From Bradymonadia bacterium (GTDB lineage Bacteria; Myxococcota_A; Bradymonadia; UBA7976; UBA1532), in contig JBKAGE010000044.1 of NCBI GenBank assembly GCA_046290225.1, positions 1-64,000 of the forward strand: a stretch of 64,000 nt of DNA, read 5' to 3'. Below the pieces are notes generated by a model. That model was not told the DNA's origin and did not search any database. It was given only the letters and a program-made list of their open reading frames with translations. Position 1 is the first letter of the stretch. Each line of letters begins with the position of its first letter. Below are positions 56,490 to 64,000 of this stretch, in pieces. The position numbers and the translations under genes are program-made.

Positions 56490-58808
56490 GTGCATCCCGC
56501 CCTACAGCCACGCATCAGCCGGACCATTCAGGCGATCATCGCTGATCTCCTCAGGCACCTGCGCCGACTTCCGACAGCTCAACGGGCCCGATGGTCCGAT
56601 CATCTGCGCTATGTCTATGGCCCCCTCAACGGTCAGAGAGGGCTCGACCTCCCGGGCTTGATGCACAGCGCCCCATGGCTGCAGGGGGCACATAACCTTG
56701 AAGAGGTGATCATCGCCCTGCAGACGGGCTTCGCGTTCATGTGCGAAGCCCTCGTGATCACCCTGACGGGGCATGGCGGGTTGCTCGACGATCTGCCCTT
56801 TCATTGGGCACTTGAGCTCGCCGACGATGCCTCCCGAGATCTCTGGCAAGCGTATGTCGGCGAGTTGGAGTCTCTTTCGGACGCCTTTGCTGATGAGTTG
56901 TGCCATCACTCGGATCTCTGCGGCCAGCTCTACGCCGAGATGTTGCCCCGAGAGGTCCGCCATGCCCTCGGCGAGTTCTACACCCCCCGCTGGCTCGCAG
57001 CGCAGCTCATCGACGATCTCCAGCTCGAGGGCCCAACGCGCGTGGTTGATCCGTTCTGCGGATCGGGCGTGTTTCTGCTCGCAGCCCTCGACGCTCAGAT
57101 CTCTGCAGGCCAGCCACCGGCCATGGCATGCGCCAATGTCTTTGGCGCTGACATCAATCCTGCAGCCTGCGTCGCCGCCCGTGGCAACCTCGCCCTCGCC
57201 TGGCACCGCCATGGCATCTCTTCAGAGCACCGCCCACGTCAGTGGCCAGTCTGGTGGTCCGACAGCCTGCAGCCCGCGCTGTCCCGTGCCCATGATGGCG
57301 CTCGGCAGACCGTCGATGCGCCTCTATGGCAGCGCGCCCCCTTCGACGTCGTCGCCACCAACCCGCCCTGGGTCGGGTGGGAATACCAATCACGGGCGCT
57401 GAGGACCGCTGTTCAACCGGCCTGGGATCACTACGCTCTCTCGTCTTCGAGAGGCACCGCCCGGGCGTTCCTCAAGGAAGACCTCTCTACCCTGGCCATG
57501 GTGGCCACCTGGGACACACTGCTCGCCGAGGGCGGACGATCGGTGGCGGTGCTTCGCAGCTCCACCATGACGTCGAGCGTGGCCTCCTCGGGCCTGCGCA
57601 GGTTATCGATCCATCCAGAGGCAGCGGCAGTCGACCAGATGGCGCTGGAGCACGTACACGTGCTCGATGATCTGCGTGTGTTCCACGGCGCCCGAGTAGA
57701 AGCCTGCGCGTGGATGCTCACCAAAGGGGCCCCCACCACCTTCCCAGTGCCCGGGCAGATCTGGCAACGGAAGCACTCCTCGGCACACCCTTCTCCCTGG
57801 GCACCGTTGTCAGAAGTGCTTGATCACGTACACCTCACCCCAGCAGCGGTGACCCCCACAGATCCACAGCGCCAAGCGGATCGGTGGATGGTGGGCGCGC
57901 GGCGATGTGTCGAACTGAGCGCCGAGATGAGCGGCGTGTGTGCCTATCGCGGCCGCGCCGGGGTCTTCACTGGGGGCGCCAACGCGGTGTACTACCTCGA
58001 GCGGCAAGGGCCCCATGCGCCGGGGTGCTCTCGATACACCAACATCGTGAAGCGGAGCCGACGCCCGGCGCCGAAGATCTCGGCCATCCTCGAAGACGCC
58101 TGGGTGTACGAGATCATCCGCGGGCGTGACGTTCAACGCTGGCACACCTCGGGTCACAGCCTGTTGCTCTGCCCCCACACGGCGGACACGCGTTTGCACG
58201 CCATCGACCCCACGGCCCTTGGGCAGATAGCACCCCATGCCCTCGCCTACCTCACCTCGATGCGGGCGACCCTCGACGCCCGCAAGGGCTTCACCCGCTG
58301 GGAGCAGCCCTATCGTGAGCAGGCGTTCTATGTGTTGCAGCGCATCGGCGCGTATACCTTCGCGCCGTACAAGGTGTGCTGGCGCTACATCGCCACCGAC
58401 TTCGTCGTCGCCGTGGTGGGCCCCGACGCTCTGGGGCGCCCCCGGCTGCCCAATGACAAAGTGATGAGCGTGGGGGTCGCATCTATAGAGGAGGCCCACT
58501 ATCTGTGTGGGGTGCTGTCATCGAGCCCTGTGCGATGGCGGGTGCTCGCCCACTCCTCGGGCAAGCAAATCTCCGCGAGCGCCATCTCGTCGATCAAGGT
58601 GCCGAGGTATGACGCGGACGATACACTCCACCGGCGAATCGCTGCGATCAGCCTTGAGGGCCATGGGCAAATCACCACCGCTTCTTCCAGCGCCAGAGCA
58701 GAGTGGGCCTGGGCGCTCGATGCCCTCATCGCAGACATGTTCCAGTGGCCCGTGGAACACATCGACACCTTCAGAGACGACCTGCATCGTTGGGGACTGA
58801 CGTTTTGA
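56490..58808 (+). CDS. N6-adenine DNA methyltransferase with C-terminal target-recognition region (type IIG-like, no nuclease domain); start uncertain
   Basis: LGEFYTPRW, motif I DPFCGSGVFL, GADINP, motif IV NPPW, YTFAPYKVCWR, YLCGVLSS. Confidence 0.85.
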   Translation: MHPALQPRISRTIQAIIADLLRHLRRLPTAQRARWSDHLRYVYGPLNGQRGLDLPGLMHSAPWLQGAHNLEEVIIALQTGFAFMCEALVITLTGHGGLLDDLPFHWALELADDASRDLWQAYVGELESLSDAFADELCHHSDLCGQLYAEMLPREVRHALGEFYTPRWLAAQLIDDLQLEGPTRVVDPFCGSGVFLLAALDAQISAGQPPAMACANVFGADINPAACVAARGNLALAWHRHGISSEHRPRQWPVWWSDSLQPALSRAHDGARQTVDAPLWQRAPFDVVATNPPWVGWEYQSRALRTAVQPAWDHYALSSSRGTARAFLKEDLSTLAMVATWDTLLAEGGRSVAVLRSSTMTSSVASSGLRRLSIHPEAAAVDQMALEHVHVLDDLRVFHGARVEACAWMLTKGAPTTFPVPGQIWQRKHSSAHPSPWAPLSEVLDHVHLTPAAVTPTDPQRQADRWMVGARRCVELSAEMSGVCAYRGRAGVFTGGANAVYYLERQGPHAPGCSRYTNIVKRSRRPAPKISAILEDAWVYEIIRGRDVQRWHTSGHSLLLCPHTADTRLHAIDPTALGQIAPHALAYLTSMRATLDARKGFTRWEQPYREQAFYVLQRIGAYTFAPYKVCWRYIATDFVVAVVGPDALGRPRLPNDKVMSVGVASIEEAHYLCGVLSSSPVRWRVLAHSSGKQISASAISSIKVPRYDADDTLHRRIAAISLEGHGQITTASSSARAEWAWALDALIADMFQWPVEHIDTFRDDLHRWGLTF

Positions 58809-59581
58809 GCCACACACGCCGAGCGCCCAGCTTGCTGCCCCGAGAGCACGGCGCCTACGCCGAGATCGGGTTCCCCCTCCTCGGCGCGCTGATCGCAGGC
58901 ACGCCGAGTGTCGGCAGCATCTGCCTCACCCTGGCCACCCTCGCGGCCTTCCTCGCCCACGAGCCCTTGCTTGTGCTCTTGGGCCGGCGAGGTCCCCGAG
59001 CGCTGGAAGCTCTCCAAACACGCGCACGGCGTCGGCTGCTCATCCTCGCGCTGTTCACTGTGCTCAGCGGGGTGGCGGGGCTTGTCATGGCGCCAGCATC
59101 GGTCTGGGTGGTGGTCGTGGTGCTCGCCACCCTGACCCTGCCCCTAAGCCGACTGATCGTGCACAAGCGAGAGAAGACGCTCTTTGGCGAGAGCCTCGTG
59201 GTGGTGATGTTCTCCGGTGCAGGGGCCATGGTGGCCCTCGCCGGTGGCGTACCCTGGCTCGATGCCCTGATCACTGCCTGGATCTGGTCGGCGACCTTCA
59301 CGTTGAGCACGGCGGCGGTGCACGCCATCCTCGCCCGAACCAAACGCCGTGGCCGCAAGTGGCTCCCCACTGTGGTCTTGTGCATCGCGTTGGCGCTGGG
59401 GCTGCTCTCGCCCATCGGGTTCGTCTTCGACGCCCCCTGGACCATGGCGTTGTTGCCTGGCGCCCTCACCACGGCAGGGCTCGTGATCTCCGGCGTGACT
59501 GCCAGACACCTTAAGCGTGTGGGCATCGTGGTGGTGATCTCGAGTGTGGCGACGCTGGTGTGCCTCGTGTTGCTCGTTTGA
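58805..59581 (+). CDS. YwiC-like membrane protein
   Basis: LPREHGAY motif, about 8 TM helices, TTGA overlap with the MTase. Confidence 0.75.
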   Translation: MSHTRRAPSLLPREHGAYAEIGFPLLGALIAGTPSVGSICLTLATLAAFLAHEPLLVLLGRRGPRALEALQTRARRRLLILALFTVLSGVAGLVMAPASVWVVVVVLATLTLPLSRLIVHKREKTLFGESLVVVMFSGAGAMVALAGGVPWLDALITAWIWSATFTLSTAAVHAILARTKRRGRKWLPTVVLCIALALGLLSPIGFVFDAPWTMALLPGALTTAGLVISGVTARHLKRVGIVVVISSVATLVCLVLLV

Positions 59582-59722
59582 GCGCCCCGAAGATTCCCCC
59601 GTCACGCTCAAACTTTCCTTGACGCCTGCAGCACGCTCGTCATCAAAGAGGCCGTCTGAGAGGCCCCATCACATCCGGCTCGCCCAGATACACCTCAACT
59701 CATGATGTAGACAGGAGTCTTT

Positions 59723-61069
59723 ATGTACTTCGTGCACCGCTGCGCCTTGCCCGCTCTGATCTTCACGATGGCTCTTGGGGGCTGTGATGATGGCGAGGAT
59801 GGCGTCGAACCCATCCCCGACGCAGCCCCATCTGGTGGCTCTGGTGGTGAGGCTGATGCTGGGGGTGTGGGCGGCACCGGCGGTGGTGAAGCCGGCTCTG
59901 GTGGAGGTCAGGGCGGCGCAGGTGGCGCTCCCGACCTTTCAGATGCGCTTCGAGAGGCCCTCGAAGCCCGAGGACAGAGCGCATGGGAGAGCGCTGACCT
60001 CCCAGGGTTTTCCATCGCCGTGGTTCAGGGCAGCGAGGTCGTCTGGTCTCGAGGTTGGGGCTTCGCGGACATCGAGGGGCAAGTGCCCGCGACACCTGAG
60101 ACCCCCTACACTCTGGGCTCGATCAGCAAGGCGATCATGGCTGTGGGCGTGATGCAGGCTGTCGATGCCGGACACCTCACCCTCAACACGCCGCTCTCCG
60201 AGCTGCCCATGCCCTTCGCGATCACCAACCCCAGGGCCCCCGAGGGGCAGATCACGCTGGAGCATCTCGTCACGCACACTTCAGGGATCCGCGATGGTGA
60301 TGCATATGACTGCGCCTACGCCATCGATGATGACGGCAGCGCCCTCTATCACCTCGCCGATCCAGACTTGGGATGCCCAGAGCCGGTTCAGATGGACCAG
60401 GCCCTGTTCGTCGAGAGTCACCTGACGCCCGAGGGCGCTCTCTACGACGAGGGGCACTGGGCAGCACATGCCCCTGGTGCACGATACAGCTACACCAACG
60501 TAGGCTCCGCCCTCACCGCTGTGGCCTTCCAAGCCGCCACGGGCCAGGGGCTCGACATGTGGACCTCTTCGAAGATCTTCGACCCACTGGGCATGACGTC
60601 GACATACTGGCACGCCGAGGGTGCCACGATGCCCATGGCCGTACGATACTACCGACCTGAAGACGACGGGCCCCTGGAGCCCTTGCCCGCCTACAGCCTG
60701 TCCACGTGGGCCGATGGCGGTCTCAAGTCGAGCGCACAGGATTTGGGCGCATTCCTCGGGGCCGTGGTCAGCGCCTATGAAGGCACCGAGACGGTGCTCA
60801 CACCCACGGCTGCTCAGGCGATGCTGGCCTCTCGGCTCGACATCCCCTCTGAGAGCGACTGGCAGGGCGTCTTCTGGAGCGGCGCAGGCGGCGTCTTCGG
60901 CCACTCGGGGAGCGATCCTGGTGCCGACACTCTGATGTTCTACGATCGTACCAGCGCAGTGGGCGTCGTACTGCTGACGAACGCCGACGACGACTTCGCC
61001 GATCTCACGCCAGTGCACAGCCTCTTCTTCGATGTCTTCGAGATCATGGGCAGCGACTTCGAGCTGTGA
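59723..61069 (+). CDS. Serine hydrolase, beta-lactamase class C-like lipoprotein
   Basis: Lipobox LGGC; SISK (SxxK), YTN, HSG motifs. Confidence 0.9.
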   Translation: MYFVHRCALPALIFTMALGGCDDGEDGVEPIPDAAPSGGSGGEADAGGVGGTGGGEAGSGGGQGGAGGAPDLSDALREALEARGQSAWESADLPGFSIAVVQGSEVVWSRGWGFADIEGQVPATPETPYTLGSISKAIMAVGVMQAVDAGHLTLNTPLSELPMPFAITNPRAPEGQITLEHLVTHTSGIRDGDAYDCAYAIDDDGSALYHLADPDLGCPEPVQMDQALFVESHLTPEGALYDEGHWAAHAPGARYSYTNVGSALTAVAFQAATGQGLDMWTSSKIFDPLGMTSTYWHAEGATMPMAVRYYRPEDDGPLEPLPAYSLSTWADGGLKSSAQDLGAFLGAVVSAYEGTETVLTPTAAQAMLASRLDIPSESDWQGVFWSGAGGVFGHSGSDPGADTLMFYDRTSAVGVVLLTNADDDFADLTPVHSLFFDVFEIMGSDFEL

Positions 61070-61219
61070 GCAGGGACTGCACCACTCACCCGAACCGCCG
61101 AGCGCCCATGCATGAAATGCACAGATGCAGAAACCTCGATGCCTTGGGCGGCTTCCCTTTGCTGCCCCCATCAGAGGATGGGGGATTCACCCATCTGATT
61201 TTCCGAGGAGCCCCCTGAC

Positions 61220-61738
61220 GTGAGCGTCTCCATCTACGACCTGACTGTCCCCTTCTTCATCAGCGGTTTGAGCACCTTGAAGGGTGTGCTTCAGAAAGCT
61301 GAGAGCTACGCCACCGAGGGCAACATCGAGCCTGGAGTGCTGCTCAACGCCCGGCTGTTCCCTGACATGTTCCCGCTGGTCCGTCAGGTGTGGGCCTGCA
61401 CCGACACCGCTCGCCGCGGCACGCAGCGCGTGGCCGGCCTCGAGCCCTCAAGTGTAGAAGACAACGAGACCTCTTTCGAAGAGCTGTACGCCCGCATCGA
61501 CAGCACCATCGCCACCCTCAAAGAGATCGACGTGGCCCTCTTCGAAGAGGCCGAGACCCGCGCGTTCACCATGAACCTGGGTCAGGAGATGCACTTCACC
61601 GGCCGCAGCTTCGTGCTCGGCTTTGCCCAGCCCAACTTCCTGTTCCACGTGGCCACGGCCTACAACATCTTGCGCCACAATGGCGTGCAGATCGGCAAGC
61701 GCGACTTCATCGCCCCCTTCATGATGGCTCAGATGTAA
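61220..61738 (+). CDS. DUF1993 family protein
   Basis: ARLFPDMFPL..QV, PNFLFHVATAYNILRHNGVQIGKRDF. Confidence 0.92.
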   Translation: MSVSIYDLTVPFFISGLSTLKGVLQKAESYATEGNIEPGVLLNARLFPDMFPLVRQVWACTDTARRGTQRVAGLEPSSVEDNETSFEELYARIDSTIATLKEIDVALFEEAETRAFTMNLGQEMHFTGRSFVLGFAQPNFLFHVATAYNILRHNGVQIGKRDFIAPFMMAQM

Positions 61739-61876
61739 CCCGCCCATCATCGCTCTGATGCATGACTCATGTAGAGCGTTCGTTTCTCTGCATACCCCAC
61801 CCTCGCCATCTTGCCTCTCGACGGACCAGCACACAGGCCCTTGAGAGGAGACCCCATGTTCAAGAAGACTCACACG

Positions 61877-63121
61877 TTACTCTGCTTTGAATGCTGGGTG
61901 ACTCCATCCCATCCCGAAGCACTCGAAACACATCATCTCGACGCCAGCGTGCTGATGCCTCCCCCGACCTTGACAATGTGTGCACTCAAGACTGCAGTCA
62001 GGCCGGCGCGGTAGGAGTGTGGTCAACTCGGCGCATTGTCGAATCTTCGCACCCGCATGAATGGCCAGGCACACCTCTCCCAAATGTTTTGCGGGGCGCA
62101 CTGGCACCTCACCCTCGAGATCGTCCATATACGGGTGAAAGAACACGTCGCCATGCATTGATAGATAGACTGCGTCGCCCAGACCATGGGTCATCACGAC
62201 AGCGTCATGCTCAATCTCAAGCTGATCTTGAGAGCCTGTGTGCCTGAGTCTCGACAACGTGCGCCTCATGTCGTCGGAAAACACCCGCCTCCACGAAGTC
62301 TGCATGAGTGCCTGAAACGGCGGCGCCGTCTGGCGGCGCTTTACCGGCTCGTACACGGCGAAGATCACCCAATCGAAAGCACCCGCAAAGCGTGGGCTGC
62401 TCAAAAGCTCGCCCCAGATGCCCGCCACCATCTCTGGTGGGCATCCGAATACGCCACATCCCCACGCCCCGAGCAACACAGTGCGGTGTCCTTCGGCCTC
62501 GGCCACGGCGAGGACCCCGGCAGCCCGACGACGTAACGCCTGCTCCACTTCGGGCATACAGTCGGGATCTCGCCGCATGGCTTGTGTGGCGTTCGGAGCG
62601 GGCGCGGTGATGACCGACGCCTCGAAGGGGGCAGAGAGCAGATCGCGGTTCTTGCGCCTGAAGAAGGGCACCTTGGGTGAATAGATGATGTGATCGGTAT
62701 AGAGCATGGACCGGCAGGCCTCGTTGCTCTCGTAGTATTCACGTTGCGGACCCACACAACGATACAGCGCCGAGCAGCGGGCGAGATCTTCTTCTTGGGC
62801 CTTGGCCCCTCTGAGAAAACCCCCGCTGGGATTCCGGGCCGAGGCAAAGCTGAGCAGAGCCAGATCGGTGACCCCCATCTGCGTCACCAGCTGCCAGGCA
62901 GCTTCTTGAGTCCGCATGTCCATGAAGGTGACCAGGGGGTGCTGCCCAGGCCGATCAGGGCCGTCGCACAGCCGCATCACCTCGTGGGGTGTATAGGTGC
63001 AGGTGTCTTCGATGGCGTGCTGCACCGAGGCAGAGATGTCCACCCACTCACCCTCGGGGTTCTGGTATCGACCCTCGTCGGTGATGTGCATTGTGTCTTT
63101 GGCAACGCCTCGCAGCGACAT
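61877..63121 (-). CDS. TIGR02452/DUF2263 bacterial PARG-like macrodomain protein with extra C-terminal Zn-finger domain
   Basis: FASARNPSGGFLRGAKAQEEDL, IYSPKVP, ITAPAPN, LGAWGCGVF; C-terminal CTHCQGRG...CFECFGMGW. Confidence 0.88.
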   Translation of the reverse strand: MSLRGVAKDTMHITDEGRYQNPEGEWVDISASVQHAIEDTCTYTPHEVMRLCDGPDRPGQHPLVTFMDMRTQEAAWQLVTQMGVTDLALLSFASARNPSGGFLRGAKAQEEDLARCSALYRCVGPQREYYESNEACRSMLYTDHIIYSPKVPFFRRKNRDLLSAPFEASVITAPAPNATQAMRRDPDCMPEVEQALRRRAAGVLAVAEAEGHRTVLLGAWGCGVFGCPPEMVAGIWGELLSSPRFAGAFDWVIFAVYEPVKRRQTAPPFQALMQTSWRRVFSDDMRRTLSRLRHTGSQDQLEIEHDAVVMTHGLGDAVYLSMHGDVFFHPYMDDLEGEVPVRPAKHLGEVCLAIHAGAKIRQCAELTTLLPRRPDCSLECTHCQGRGRHQHAGVEMMCFECFGMGWSHPAFKAE

Positions 63122-63209
63122 GGGACCCCCTGTGTGAACCGCACTTACTGTAGCGTTCACACGAAGAGGGTTCTACCTCGATTTTTCGCAGGGGGCTCTA
63201 CGAGGTGGA

Positions 63210-64000
63210 TCAGGGCAGCAACTGAAGAGGGGCCTCGCCCCTGGGGTGACGCTGTTCGATGAGCCACTTCTCCGCGGCGGGGCGATCCCACATCTTCTTC
63301 TGACGCTCGGCCCAAAGCTCGGCGCCACGGCGAGCGTGGGCCTGCAGCCGCGGGCTGAGAGGAGAGGCGCTCTTGGGGGTCCTGGCCGACTTCGTGGTCA
63401 TCACCGAGACCCGGGGGCCGGTGATCCACATCTCGCCGCCGCTGGGATTGTCTACGAGAAGATAGCTCTGGCCCAGCAGCTCCACGTCGACGAGGCCGCT
63501 GTACTTCTGCCACTTGATCTTGCCCTGGCGCAGGCCCTCGAGGCTGATCTCGCCACCTTCCGGGCTCAGGCTGACGCCTTCTGGATCTTCGCCCTCGTTG
63601 CGCGAGAGCGCCAACAGCGTCACCGAGCGGTTCAGGTCAGCATCTCCGGTGGTGCCCAGCCACACGCTGGCCTCGAGCACGCCCGCCTGAGCCTGGAACG
63701 AGATGAGCAACCCCTCGGCGTTGAACAGCCGCACCGCGGGCTGCCGCGTAGGCGAAGCCGGCAGCACGAAGTGATCGGCGCCAAAGCCCTGGGGCAAGGC
63801 AATGGGGGCCAGGGCCGAGGTGATCTCGAGAGGCGGGTTCATCACGAGGTTGCCTGCAGGATCATCACCGAAGGGCGAGCGCTCGATGAGGGCCCGCCGC
63901 GGGGGCCCGGCGTCGGGCACCATCATGTCGGGCAGCGCTGCATCAGGTGTGGGCTCTGCGTCGGGGATCACCTCGGCGTCAGCTGCGGTCATGGCGTCGG
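63210..64000 (-). CDS. Hypothetical (probably exported) protein, 3' part; 5' end outside window
   Basis: Open frame to window edge; PDA/DAG-rich linker followed by a globular domain. Confidence 0.65.
   Translation of the reverse strand, partial: DAMTAADAEVIPDAEPTPDAALPDMMVPDAGPPRRALIERSPFGDDPAGNLVMNPPLEITSALAPIALPQGFGADHFVLPASPTRQPAVRLFNAEGLLISFQAQAGVLEASVWLGTTGDADLNRSVTLLALSRNEGEDPEGVSLSPEGGEISLEGLRQGKIKWQKYSGLVDVELLGQSYLLVDNPSGGEMWITGPRVSVMTTKSARTPKSASPLSPRLQAHARRGAELWAERQKKMWDRPAAEKWLIEQRHPRGEAPLQLLP

Noticed and set aside
61856..62014. Small ORF MFKKTHTLLC with a good RBS
   Set aside because: Overlaps the antisense TIGR02452 gene for most of its length and has no recognisable motif; at best a remnant

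Overview
GC-rich bacterial chromosomal window with myxobacterial (Myxococcota-like) hallmarks: DAG/PD-rich lipoprotein linkers, a DUF1592/DUF1552 pair, a Ser/Thr kinase next to an adenylate cyclase, and giant RCC1/TSP3 surface proteins. It has about 48 protein genes. These include two tandem paralogous surface proteins (LbH and fibrinogen-like ends; the complete copy also has RCC1 and TSP3 repeats), an RlhA-type U32 hydroxylase, a DUF58/transglutaminase/MoxR/TPR/MORN/GAF-kinase operon, an MCE (Mla-type) operon whose PqiC-like lipoprotein is fused to a predicted outer-membrane barrel, a LysR-controlled DJ-1/SnoaL stress cluster, an orphan N6-adenine DNA methyltransferase and two ADP-ribose-removing enzymes. 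The most unusual signals are non-coding. (1) A sigma54-type promoter with upstream palindromes and an IHF-like site drives a ~205-nt terminated sRNA with C-rich loops, reminiscent of Pxr (18784-18990). (2) A second sigma54-type promoter drives a protein-free operon of two atypical GUN-anticodon tRNAs: Asn with G1-C72, and His lacking G-1/C73 (41111-41530). (3) A 160-bp element with perfect 25-bp terminal inverted repeats lies downstream of a small ORF preceded by a Fur-like box (17418-17577). No CRISPR array, integrase, transposase or reverse transcriptase was seen. All family calls come from motif recognition by eye; no database searches were run.
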